Part shown: piece after piece, positions 27,710 through 37,132 of the stretch | Position numbering within the stretch: position 1 is the stretch's first letter | How the letters are laid out: the number at the start of each line of letters is the position of its first letter | From: Candidatus Woesearchaeota archaeon | Lineage (GTDB): Archaea > Nanobdellota > Nanobdellia > Woesearchaeales > 21-14-0-10-32-9 | Direction of reading: 5' to 3' | Assembly (NCBI GenBank): GCA_020854775.1 | Contig: JAHKLZ010000044.1 | Span: 6,415-70,414 of the forward strand | DNA length: 64,000 nucleotides | Notes under the pieces: model-generated | Databases searched by the model: none | What the model saw: the letters and a program-made list of their open reading frames with translations, nothing else | What the model was told of the DNA's origin: nothing | Made by a program: the position numbers and the translations under genes

Positions 27710-29414
27710 TATCACCATCACTATCTTTACCAATACTAGCAAGATCCTCATCATAATCCAAGTTCTTAGAAGGATCAAACTTCAAATCCTCAACTTTACC
27801 ACGAGTCTTCTCTAAAGTCTCACGAAGCTTATCCTCAAAAGAAACCTTATCAAAATCACCAATAATCTCAAAAATAGCATCACTAATATGAGGAATATAA
27901 GTCTCAATGTAACTACGCTTTTTCAACTCATCCCCCACGCGTTTCTTCTTATTAACATATTTACCAAGACTCCTACCAAGCTCCTGAATACACAACTTAA
28001 TCTCCTTAATAAGTTCAGGATAATGAGCAATAGCCTCCTTAGCCTCACTAGTAAAAGGAACCCAAACACTAGCAACATGAATAACCAAAACAACAGGACC
28101 TTGAGGCATATTCCTACCAGACTGCTGCAAACCATACTGACGCCAAGAAGTACTAGTAACAGCTTCACTAATAGCACAAGCCCCTTGCTGATACAACAAA
28201 GGAACACGATTAGCAAACCTCATCAAATTAAGAGAACCCTCTTTAGGAATCAAACCACCATAAGCAATAGAACCCTCAATAAGAAAAGGATTACCTCTGT
28301 AAACCTGAGGAGAACGACTAACACTAGCATAAAACTCAGCATTAACCTCCTTCTTCAAACCTTTTTCAAGAAGCTCAGAACCAATAGGCACAACACAATC
28401 AGTAGGAGGCATCATAATCTTAGTATCCCTAATGGCCTTAACAAGCTTCTCAGCATGATCACGAGACATCTTAGAAGGCTTATCTTTACTAAGAATAGCA
28501 GCATTCTCAAGAATAGACTCAGCAACACTAGAACTCACACGAGAAAAATCACTCATCAAAAAACTCTTAACAGTTTTTTCTTTAGTAACAGAAAGCATCT
28601 TAATCATCATCCCTACTTCAACGCCATAAGGATGAGGCTTAATCTCCTTAGGCTGAACAGGCTTATCATCAGTAACCCTAACCAACAATAACTGATCACC
28701 CTTAGGAGGCTGATAAATAATAGTAACATGAGGATTAATAATAGCTGTTTCCTTCAAATACTCATCCACGCTTTGAGCACCCTTCATATAAGAAGACTCC
28801 AACTCCATCTCCACGCGAGTACCATGATCCTTATGCCAATCCCTAACAGAATCCACCAAGATCTCAGGTTCATTCTTCTGCGTATTAATCTTCAACTCAT
28901 AGTAATGAGCAGGCTCATCAGGATGAATCTTACTAACAATCTTAGTAGCTTTACCAGTAGTAAGCTGAGAATACATAACAGCGGCACTAATACCAATACC
29001 TTGCTGACCACGCTGCATCTTCAATTTATGAAACTTACTCCCATAAAGAAGCTTCGCAAAAATCTTAGGAATCTGAGCCTTAACAATACCAGGACCATTA
29101 TCCTCAACGACGACGCGATATTTATCATTGCCAAGATCAATAATCTCAACAATAATCTCAGGAAGAATATCAGATTCTTCACAAGCATCAATACTATTAT
29201 CAACAGCTTCCTTAATAGTAGTAAGAAGAGCCTTACGCTTATTATCAAAACCTAACAAATGACGATTCTTTTCAAAGAATTCAGCGATACTAATATCGCG
29301 TTGAGCCTTAGCCAACTCATGAGCTTTAGCAGTGGCAGAACCATTACTCCGAGGAACGCCAGTATCATTATTAGTAAAATTTGAAAGAGAAACATCCTTT
29401 TCCATGAATAACAA
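27699..29414 (-). CDS. top6B: DNA topoisomerase VI subunit B
   Basis: GHKL/Bergerat motifs EAVDNSIDA, VEDNGPGI, GQQGIGISA. 571 aa with an acidic C-terminus. Confidence 0.9.
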   Translation of the reverse strand: MLFMEKDVSLSNFTNNDTGVPRSNGSATAKAHELAKAQRDISIAEFFEKNRHLLGFDNKRKALLTTIKEAVDNSIDACEESDILPEIIVEIIDLGNDKYRVVVEDNGPGIVKAQIPKIFAKLLYGSKFHKLKMQRGQQGIGISAAVMYSQLTTGKATKIVSKIHPDEPAHYYELKINTQKNEPEILVDSVRDWHKDHGTRVEMELESSYMKGAQSVDEYLKETAIINPHVTIIYQPPKGDQLLLVRVTDDKPVQPKEIKPHPYGVEVGMMIKMLSVTKEKTVKSFLMSDFSRVSSSVAESILENAAILSKDKPSKMSRDHAEKLVKAIRDTKIMMPPTDCVVPIGSELLEKGLKKEVNAEFYASVSRSPQVYRGNPFLIEGSIAYGGLIPKEGSLNLMRFANRVPLLYQQGACAISEAVTSTSWRQYGLQQSGRNMPQGPVVLVIHVASVWVPFTSEAKEAIAHYPELIKEIKLCIQELGRSLGKYVNKKKRVGDELKKRSYIETYIPHISDAIFEIIGDFDKVSFEDKLRETLEKTRGKVEDLKFDPSKNLDYDEDLASIGKDSDGDNDE

Positions 29415-29469
29415 GAAACCAATAAACCCTTAATAAAGCTTACGAAAAAAAAATAAAAAAAATAAATTA

Positions 29470-29697
29470 CTAAAAACTCCTAGTTGGCTTATTCTTAGCA
29501 AAACAATCTCTACAATAAACAGGCCTATCACCTGACGGCTTAAAAGGAACTTCACATTCTGCCTGACAACCTGCACACACAGCTTTATGCATTTCTCTAG
29601 GACCACCAAAAGGTCTTGATGAACCACCTTGTCTGTTATTAAATCCGCCTTGTCTTCCAAAGCCAGAATCTCTTCTGTTATTATTTTCTCTTCTCAT
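29470..29697 (-). CDS. small RG-rich protein with CxxC-x17-CxxC zinc ribbon
   Basis: N-terminal RRDSGFGRQGGFNNRQGGSSRPFGG, then CAGC-(17 aa incl. VPFKPSGDRPVY)-CRDC. The spacing was counted directly. Confidence 0.65.
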   Translation of the reverse strand: MRRENNNRRDSGFGRQGGFNNRQGGSSRPFGGPREMHKAVCAGCQAECEVPFKPSGDRPVYCRDCFAKNKPTRSF

Positions 29698-29827
29698 TTT
29701 ATTACTAACCTTCCTTCACTTTTAGAAACCGACAAAAAAATCAAAAATTTTTGAAACAAGTCCCTAAACAAGTAGAATAAGAGTTCTATTTATAAAATGT
29801 GTTAGAAAAAAAAACAAAAAAATAATA

Positions 29828-30256
29828 TTATTTAGAATCACTCCAAGCAGCAACACCAATCATAACCAAACCCACAAAAGGTATCAAGAACAACAAAGCC
29901 CACCATCCAGGTCTCTTAATTTTTTTAAACAAATACCACATCCAAACAATAACCATTACTTGAAAAGCAACACTGGCAAGAACATTAACATAAGGAATAA
30001 ACATCCCTATGATTAACAACCAAGGCCACCAATGTAAACCAGAAGCTTGATAAGCAATAATTAAAGGACCGACAAAAGGAATCCAAGCAAGTTCAGGCGA
30101 CTTCAATTTAGCTTTTCTACCAATAGCCATATAAGCAAAACCAAGATAAACATAAAAAGCCAAACCAATAATTATAGCAACAAAAATCAAACCAGCCAAA
30201 AGCGCAAAAACACCCTCAGCACCTCCATTAATAAATAATTCATCCATAATAAACAT
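29828..30256 (-). CDS. membrane protein (4 TM)
   Basis: 142 aa, hydrophobic. The RPGWWALLFLIPFVGLV motif resembles DUF805-type proteins (weak). Confidence 0.45.
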   Translation of the reverse strand: MFIMDELFINGGAEGVFALLAGLIFVAIIIGLAFYVYLGFAYMAIGRKAKLKSPELAWIPFVGPLIIAYQASGLHWWPWLLIIGMFIPYVNVLASVAFQVMVIVWMWYLFKKIKRPGWWALLFLIPFVGLVMIGVAAWSDSK

Positions 30257-30355
30257 CCTTCTTAAAGTAATAAAGATAAAAAATTATATAAACTTTTTTA
30301 AAATAATTATCAATCAGGAAAAGTTTTTAAAAAACAAAAAAAATCATAACATAAA

Positions 30356-31438
30356 ATGAAAATAATAGATCCTTGGGGAAGCACACTACCATCTGATTAC
30401 ACAAAAATCATGAAAGACTTCGGATTAGAACAATTCTCAAAAAACATGTTCCCAAAACCAAACAGGGCAATGAGAAGAGAAGTAATATTCGCAGGAAGAG
30501 ACCTAAAAATAATAAGTGACTGCATAAAAAACAAGAAACCATTCTACGCACTAACAGGAATAATGCCTTCAAACGAACAAATACACCTAGGAAACAAATT
30601 AGTAGTAGAAAACTTAAGATACTTTCAAGACCAAGGAGCAACAGTATACATATTAATAGCGGACCTAGAATCAATGGTAACAAGAGGAATAACACTAGAA
30701 GAAGCCAAAAAAAGAGCATTAAATTTTCACGTGCCTGCATACATAGCATTAGGATTAGATCCCAAAAAAACATTTTTTTATTTTCAATCAGAAAACATAG
30801 AAGTAGTAAAACTAGGATTTGAATTTGCACAAAAAATAACACTCAATGAATTCAAAGGACTATACGGAGTAGCAGAACCGGGAAGAATAATGGCTGCAGT
30901 AACACAAGCAGGCGACATATTATTTCCACAACTAAAACAGAAAATGCCTGGAATAATACCTGTAGGCATAGACCAAGATCCTCACATAAGACTAACAAGA
31001 GACATAGTTTCCAGATTCAAAAAATACAAATTCTTCGCGCCATCATCACTATACAACAAATTCACACCATCCTTAGATGGGGACTTAAAAATGAGTAAAT
31101 CAAAACCAGAATATGCAATTAGTTTACCAGAAGATCTAAAAACAGTAAAAAAGAAAATAATGCGCGCATTAAGCGGAGGAAGAGACACATTAGAAGAACA
31201 CAGAAAACTTGGAGCTATAATAGAAAAAGATATGTGCTTCGAATTACTAAAACAACACTTAATAGAAGATGATGAAGAATTACAAAAAATATACGAAGAA
31301 TACAAATCAGGAAGAATGCTCTCAGGAGAATTAAAACAACTAACATATGAAAAAATGGAAGAATTCATGAATAATTTTAACCAAAAACTAGAAAAAGCAA
31401 GAAAAGAAATAAACACGCTAAATTTTATAAAGTTTTAA
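30356..31438 (+). CDS. trpS: tryptophanyl-tRNA synthetase (archaeal/eukaryotic type; TyrRS not fully excluded)
   Basis: Class I motifs QIHLGN (HIGH-like) and KMSKS. N-terminal DPWGS..DY.KIMKDFGLE block as in archaeal TrpRS. 360 aa. Confidence 0.7.
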   Translation: MKIIDPWGSTLPSDYTKIMKDFGLEQFSKNMFPKPNRAMRREVIFAGRDLKIISDCIKNKKPFYALTGIMPSNEQIHLGNKLVVENLRYFQDQGATVYILIADLESMVTRGITLEEAKKRALNFHVPAYIALGLDPKKTFFYFQSENIEVVKLGFEFAQKITLNEFKGLYGVAEPGRIMAAVTQAGDILFPQLKQKMPGIIPVGIDQDPHIRLTRDIVSRFKKYKFFAPSSLYNKFTPSLDGDLKMSKSKPEYAISLPEDLKTVKKKIMRALSGGRDTLEEHRKLGAIIEKDMCFELLKQHLIEDDEELQKIYEEYKSGRMLSGELKQLTYEKMEEFMNNFNQKLEKARKEINTLNFIKF

Positions 31439-31477
31439 ATAAAACAAAAAAAACAATACTAATAAGTAAAAAAAGAG

Positions 31478-32086
31478 GTGTTCGCGTTGAAAAAAATAAG
31501 AGATAATTGGGCTCCGTTAAGTGCAGGATTCATGTTAACAAGCATACTAGGATTTTTCATATCAATATGGTTAATAATGGACTTATCCGCGACGTGGGGA
31601 TTCACTATGACTTTATTCTTCGTAATAATGTTTATATCATCAATGATAAGCATGACAAAAGCAGAACCAATACCTGAACACATGCAACACCTAGCAATAC
31701 ACGAACCAAAAAAAGCATATGAGCCATTCACAAAAAAACTAAAACCAGAACAACCAACAAATAAAATAAGATGGTACGAACCACTATATTACGCGTACAT
31801 ATTATTCTGGATATACTACTTAATACATTACTTCGCAGGCACCATAGATTACACACATTTCAACTTAGCAATAATATTCTTCACATTAACAATATACTTC
31901 GCGATAGTATTCATAATAGATGCTTTTTCAAAAGAATCCATACCAACATGGGAACAAGTAATGTTTGCAATAATAATCATAATAACATCAGGATACGGAG
32001 CAATATTTTTCCCTATAGCACCAATAGGAACAATGATATATTATGCACACACAAAAATACTAGAAAGAAGTCACTTAACCAAGTAA
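31478..32086 (+). CDS. membrane protein, unknown function
   Basis: GTG start directly within AGAGGTG. An alternative TTG start lies at 31487. Five or six hydrophobic helices. The 3' end overlaps the convergent NMD3 gene by 16 nt. Confidence 0.45.
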   Translation: MFALKKIRDNWAPLSAGFMLTSILGFFISIWLIMDLSATWGFTMTLFFVIMFISSMISMTKAEPIPEHMQHLAIHEPKKAYEPFTKKLKPEQPTNKIRWYEPLYYAYILFWIYYLIHYFAGTIDYTHFNLAIIFFTLTIYFAIVFIIDAFSKESIPTWEQVMFAIIIIITSGYGAIFFPIAPIGTMIYYAHTKILERSHLTK

Positions 32087-33027
32087 GCAACACCTTCATG
32101 TTCAACCAAAAAAACAGAATCGTCTTTACCAACAACAATATTTAAAGGATTAAGAACCTCAACTACTTCATAAGAATTCTTACTCAAAACACTAACAGGA
32201 TGAGTGCTAATAACAGAGGTCTTCTGCTTCTTAAGAATTTCATATTTATGAAAATCAACAGGATTATACTTCAAAGAAAATTTCTTACCAGTTCTCAAAT
32301 TAATACACCTATTAAACTTACCTAGATTATTAATAAAAATTAAATCATCAATAAACACAACAACATCAAATTTCTTAAAAGGAGGAATATGAACAACAAC
32401 ATTAACTCTGAACAATTCTTTACTACTAATTTTATCCTGCGTAAATAACTGAGCATTAGAATCCATAAAAGCACCGTATTCCTCAACAATTTTCTCAGCG
32501 ACTCTACCAAGAAACTTCTTACTAACAAAATAATAATCAACACTATCTTTCTTATCAATTATTTTATTAACGTAAACTTCACTCATAGAATCAATCAAAT
32601 TATTAACAAAAATCTTAACGCTTTTATCAGCATTTCTTAACTGAAGGATACCTTCAAAATAATTAGAACCAACCTTACTAAAACCAGGAGAAGAAGTAAT
32701 CTCAACACTAACAGGAATAACAAATTCATTATCATCAACAAGAACAACAACATCAAAATCCTTCTTCATACCAGTTTTACCGATAATATCATCATACTCA
32801 TCCAGACCCTTCAAAACACGCACTTTTTTCTTTAAAGATTTACTAACAACTAATTCAGAAACCTTTCTTAAATCATCAAAAAAAGACCATTTACCTTTAA
32901 AAAAATATTTACCACTAGGACAAAGCTTAATATTAATAGGCTTAAATTCCAAAGTAACAGGATCACAATCATTACAAAACACTCCCTTACTAATACTAAT
33001 TCCACACTTAGGACAAAACTTATTCAT
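32071..33027 (-). CDS. NMD3-family protein (archaeal 50S-binding NMD3 homolog)
   Basis: N-terminal CPKCG..CNDC zinc cluster and the YFEGILQLR block characteristic of NMD3. The ORF is open to 33207, but the first 60 codons are hydrophobic read-through across the promoter. The ATG at 33027 is preferred. Confidence 0.7.
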   Translation of the reverse strand: MNKFCPKCGISISKGVFCNDCDPVTLEFKPINIKLCPSGKYFFKGKWSFFDDLRKVSELVVSKSLKKKVRVLKGLDEYDDIIGKTGMKKDFDVVVLVDDNEFVIPVSVEITSSPGFSKVGSNYFEGILQLRNADKSVKIFVNNLIDSMSEVYVNKIIDKKDSVDYYFVSKKFLGRVAEKIVEEYGAFMDSNAQLFTQDKISSKELFRVNVVVHIPPFKKFDVVVFIDDLIFINNLGKFNRCINLRTGKKFSLKYNPVDFHKYEILKKQKTSVISTHPVSVLSKNSYEVVEVLNPLNIVVGKDDSVFLVEHEGVAYLVK

Positions 33028-33050
33028 AATAACACAGAAATATAAAAGAA

Positions 33051-33059
33051 TATATAAAT
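33051..33059. promoter_or_regulatory. single shared TATA element between divergent NMD3 and signal peptidase genes
   Basis: TATATAAAT reads TTTATATA on the other strand. Its centre at 33055 is 28 nt from both the ATG at 33027 (minus) and the ATG at 33083 (plus). Confidence 0.5.
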
Positions 33060-33082
33060 GTAACACGGATTCAATACTAAAG

Positions 33083-33733
33083 ATGAAAAAGAAAAAACCT
33101 AAACGAGACACAATACCACAAAAAATATGGTACTTCATATGGCATGACGACTCAATAATAAGTTGGATAGTAAACGTAATACTGGCTTTCTTAATAGTAA
33201 AATTCATATTTTACCCTGGACTAAGCATAATTACGGGAACACCACTTCCCTTAGTAGCAGTAATAAGTCCTAGCATGGAACACCGCGTCTCAACAGAAAC
33301 AAGCACTCCCATAATATGCGGAGGACCAACAGACAAACAAGGAAAATTAAACTTAGAAGATTGGTGGATTGAATGTGGGAGCTGGTACGAAATAAACACA
33401 GAAATAACACTACAAGACTTTGAAAAGTTTCCACTAAAAAATGGTTTTAACAAAGGAGATATAATACTTCTAAGAGGAACAAAAAAATTAAGTGTAGGCG
33501 ACATAATAGTATTCGAATCAAAAAAACCATACCCTATAATACACAGAATAATAGAAAAAAACGAAATGATAAAAACAAAAGGAGATAATAACGCAGGACT
33601 AATAATGGACTCGGAACTAAACGAAGAAAACATAACAAGAGACTTAATAATAGGAAAAGCATACGCAAGAATACCTTACTTAGGATATGTAAAGATATGG
33701 TTCACCAACTTCATAAACTTATTTATTAACTAA
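33083..33733 (+). CDS. signal peptidase I, archaeal/eukaryotic Sec11 type (S26B)
   Basis: N-terminal TM helix. Catalytic Ser box VISPSMEH, the GDIIVF box and the KGDNN box. Confidence 0.85.
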   Translation: MKKKKPKRDTIPQKIWYFIWHDDSIISWIVNVILAFLIVKFIFYPGLSIITGTPLPLVAVISPSMEHRVSTETSTPIICGGPTDKQGKLNLEDWWIECGSWYEINTEITLQDFEKFPLKNGFNKGDIILLRGTKKLSVGDIIVFESKKPYPIIHRIIEKNEMIKTKGDNNAGLIMDSELNEENITRDLIIGKAYARIPYLGYVKIWFTNFINLFIN

Positions 33734-33754
33734 AAGTCTACAACAAAAAAAGAA

Positions 33755-33828
33755 GGGGTCGTGGTCTAGCTTGGTATGATACGTGCCCGGGGCGCACGTG
33801 ATCGGGGGTTCAAATCCTCCCGACCCCA
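33755..33828 (+). tRNA. tRNA-Pro (anticodon GGG) with C at position 33
   Basis: Acceptor GGGGTCG/CGACCCC, A73, D-loop AGCTTGGTA. Anticodon stem CGTGC/GCACG with loop CCGGGGC. T-arm GGGGG-TTCAAAT-CCTCC. CCA is not encoded. Confidence 0.85.
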
Positions 33829-33877
33829 TAAAAAAAGATGACAAAATATAAAAACTCATACCACAAAAACATTATTT

Positions 33878-35140
33878 ATGAACAATAAAGAATCAGAACA
33901 CTTATTATATCAAGAAATAGAAAAAGAAACAAACACAGAAAATAAAAAAAATAAATTATTACAAATAAACGAAAAAATAAAATCAAGAGTATTTTTAAGA
34001 CTTCACGTAACAACACAAAAAGAAATACTATTCTTACTAAAAAAAGAAGAAATACTAGATTTACTAAAATACATGGATCCTGACGAAGTAACAGATGTCT
34101 TACAAAGAGTATCAGAAGAAACAAAAAGAAAAAAAATATTAGAAGAATTACAAGAAGAAACAAAACACAAAGTAGAATTCTTATTAAGATTCCACCCAGA
34201 AACAGCAGCAGGGCTGATGAGCTTAGATTATGTAGTAGCATCAAGCAAACAAACACTATTAACCGTTAACAAATTAGTAGTAAAACACGAAAAAAGAACA
34301 GGAAAATTCCCAACAATATTAGTAGAAGAAAACGGAGAAATAATAGGGGAACTACCAGGACACTTCTTAACAACAAAAAAACCAAAAGAAAAAATAAAAA
34401 ATCACTTAATAAAAATACACACAACCAAATATGACGAGTCACAACAAGAAGTAATAAAAAAATTCAGAGAAACAAGACACGATAAAATAATAGTGATGGA
34501 CGACACTGACTTCGTACTAGGAATAATTTATTCAGACGACATACTAAGACTAATACAAGATGAACCAGACAAAAGCCTATATTCATTCGCAGGACTAAAA
34601 AGAGAAGAAACAATCAACGACACAATAAAAGAAAAAGTAAAATACAGATACAAATGGCTAATAGTAAGCCTAATAGCATCCTTCGTCGTAGCAGCAACAA
34701 TAATACCCTTCGAAAAAACAATAGAAAACATGGTACTACTAGCAATATACTTACCAATCGTAGCAATGATGGGAGGAAATGCAGCGACACAAACACTAGC
34801 AGTAGTAATAAGAGGACTAACACTAAATCAAATCAATTCCAAAAACGCCAAAAAAATAATACTAAAAGAAATAACCGCGGGAATAATAAACGGAATGATA
34901 GTAGGAATAATAGTAGGAATAATATCAGCAATACTAAACCAAACAATCATGTTCGGCGTAGTAATAGGACTAGCAATGATATTCAACTTATTCATCGCAG
35001 GATTATTTGGCTCACTAATACCATTAATAATAAAAAAATTAGGAAAAGACCCCGCGTCATCCGCAATAATGTTCATCATCACAGCAACAGACATATTCGG
35101 ATTCTTCTCATTCCTAGGATTAGCGACAATATTACTATGA
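33878..35140 (+). CDS. mgtE: magnesium transporter MgtE
   Basis: 420 aa. MgtE N-domain, CBS pair, and a C-terminal TM domain with GGNAATQTLAVVIRGL and DPASSAIMFIITATDIFGFFSFLGLA. Confidence 0.9.
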   Translation: MNNKESEHLLYQEIEKETNTENKKNKLLQINEKIKSRVFLRLHVTTQKEILFLLKKEEILDLLKYMDPDEVTDVLQRVSEETKRKKILEELQEETKHKVEFLLRFHPETAAGLMSLDYVVASSKQTLLTVNKLVVKHEKRTGKFPTILVEENGEIIGELPGHFLTTKKPKEKIKNHLIKIHTTKYDESQQEVIKKFRETRHDKIIVMDDTDFVLGIIYSDDILRLIQDEPDKSLYSFAGLKREETINDTIKEKVKYRYKWLIVSLIASFVVAATIIPFEKTIENMVLLAIYLPIVAMMGGNAATQTLAVVIRGLTLNQINSKNAKKIILKEITAGIINGMIVGIIVGIISAILNQTIMFGVVIGLAMIFNLFIAGLFGSLIPLIIKKLGKDPASSAIMFIITATDIFGFFSFLGLATILL

Positions 35141-35144
35141 AAAA

Positions 35145-37037
35145 TTACTTAAGACGAACCACTTCTAAATTCCTAGGAGCATCAGTTTCAATCCTGAACT
35201 GCTTATGAATAGAACTCGCCAAATCAGTACAACGACTACTCTCGCCATGATTCACCAAAACACGCTTAGGCCTAGGATTAAGCTTCTGCAAGAAACTCAT
35301 CAATTCACGACGATCAGCGTGACCCGAAATCTCGATCTTAAGAACTTCCATCTTAATATTAAGAACTTCCTCTCTTTGACCTTCACGGAAAATAATTTCA
35401 CGTTCACCACGTTGAATCCTACGACCAAGAGTACCCTCGCCCTGATAACAACTAAAAACTAAGCTATGACGCTTATCACCACCAAGCTGTTTCAAATACT
35501 CAACAGAAGGACCTCCTTGAAGCATACCACTAGTAGCAAGAATAACACAAGAACCCTCTTCCTCAATGATATAAGTTCTTTCCTTAGAACTACCAACTTG
35601 CTTAATTTTCTCATTCAAAAAAGGATTATTCTCCCTATGAAAAACTTGTTGCCTAATAGTACTATTCAAATACTCAGGATACGCGGTGTGAATAGCAGTA
35701 ATATCCCAAACCATACCATCAATATAAATAGGAATACTAGGAATAACCCCGTCCTGAACAAGCTTCTCAACCATTACAATGATTTCTTGACCACGACCAG
35801 TACCAAGAGTGGGAATCAAAACCTTACCCCCTCGCTTAACAGTATCAACAATAATTTGCTCCAAAATCTTATCCTGATCACGAATAGAAGCAGCAATATT
35901 ATCTCTACCACCATAAGTCGCTTCTACCATAACAGTCTCTAAACGAGGAAACTGAGTAGCCGCAGGACTCAACAAACGAGTCTTCGCAAACTTAATATCT
36001 CCTGTATAAAGCAAATTATGCAAACCATTACCAATATGAATATGAACCATGGCACTACCAAGAGTATGACCTGCATTATATAAAGTAATCCTTACATCAG
36101 GAGTAATATCCGTAACTTCTTCATAATCCAAAGAAATACTATGTTTAACCATTTCTTTAACTTCATCACTAGTATAAATAGGATCCTTACCCTCGCCGCG
36201 CTGAATTTTTACAACATCCAACTGAAGCAAACTCATAATGTCGCGAGTAGGATGCGTACAATAAACAGGACCACGATAACCAAACTTAAACAAATAAGGA
36301 ACAAGACCAGAATGATCAACATGAGCGTGACTAACAATAATCGCGTCTAACTCAGAAATCTTAAGCTCAGGAGCCTCAAGAAAAGGATAAGCCTCATCCT
36401 GAGAAGAAACATCAATACCACAATCCAACAAAACTCTGGACTCAGGCGTTTGAAGAAGCATACAACTCCTACCAACCTGCCGACCACCACCTAAATAACT
36501 AATACGAATCCACTGATTTCTCTTCTCACGAATCCAACCATTATAAATACGCTCACCAGTTTTATGTAAAAACTTCCGACGGTAATCACTATTCTGATAA
36601 AGAACAGAACGAATATTCTCAATGATTTGACTTCTAATCAAAGGATTCCTCTTAATAACAGGAACCCAAAAAGTCTCAGCTTTAATCCTATGCAAATATT
36701 CACCATTTTTACCTATAGCCAAACCAGGCCTTTCAGCTTCAACAATAACAACAGAACGCTGAGGATCAAACAAAACCTGATCAACCGCGGCCTCTTCCCC
36801 AATAATATCCCTAATGATTTTCTCAGCTTTTTCCTGATCAATACAAAGCTCAGGATCAGGCCTCAACTCAATACGTTTCTTAATCTTATTAACAATACTC
36901 TTAATAATACTAACACCATCAAAAACAAAATCTTTGTTCTTAGTATACAAAACAATATTAGCACCCTCAAAAACAGCATCACTAATCTTCCCATCCGGGA
37001 TATCCTTAAGGATTTCTTTTAAAATATCTGTAGTCAA
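35145..37037 (-). CDS. aCPSF1 (KH-KH-metallo-beta-lactamase-beta-CASP ribonuclease; archaeal termination factor FttA family)
   Basis: 630 aa. Two N-terminal KH domains (GLAIGKNGEY), MBL motif SHAHVDHSG, and beta-CASP with C-terminal HGE. Confidence 0.9.
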   Translation of the reverse strand: MTTDILKEILKDIPDGKISDAVFEGANIVLYTKNKDFVFDGVSIIKSIVNKIKKRIELRPDPELCIDQEKAEKIIRDIIGEEAAVDQVLFDPQRSVVIVEAERPGLAIGKNGEYLHRIKAETFWVPVIKRNPLIRSQIIENIRSVLYQNSDYRRKFLHKTGERIYNGWIREKRNQWIRISYLGGGRQVGRSCMLLQTPESRVLLDCGIDVSSQDEAYPFLEAPELKISELDAIIVSHAHVDHSGLVPYLFKFGYRGPVYCTHPTRDIMSLLQLDVVKIQRGEGKDPIYTSDEVKEMVKHSISLDYEEVTDITPDVRITLYNAGHTLGSAMVHIHIGNGLHNLLYTGDIKFAKTRLLSPAATQFPRLETVMVEATYGGRDNIAASIRDQDKILEQIIVDTVKRGGKVLIPTLGTGRGQEIIVMVEKLVQDGVIPSIPIYIDGMVWDITAIHTAYPEYLNSTIRQQVFHRENNPFLNEKIKQVGSSKERTYIIEEEGSCVILATSGMLQGGPSVEYLKQLGGDKRHSLVFSCYQGEGTLGRRIQRGEREIIFREGQREEVLNIKMEVLKIEISGHADRRELMSFLQKLNPRPKRVLVNHGESSRCTDLASSIHKQFRIETDAPRNLEVVRLK

Positions 37038-37132
37038 TAGAATTACCTCTCAAAAAATTTTTTTTTCATTTATATGTTGTTCCATTATTTTTTATAAAAT
37101 TATTTTATTAAAAAAAATTAAAATAAAAACAA

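Noticed and set aside
33028-33207. 60-codon N-terminal extension of the NMD3 ORF. Similar extensions occur at top6A (27710-27778), glk (20355-20411, TTG) and GT2 (24058-24105).
   Set aside because: The extensions are hydrophobic or low-complexity read-through into promoter or neighbouring-gene sequence. Internal ATGs give N-termini matching the families and resolve the gene overlaps.
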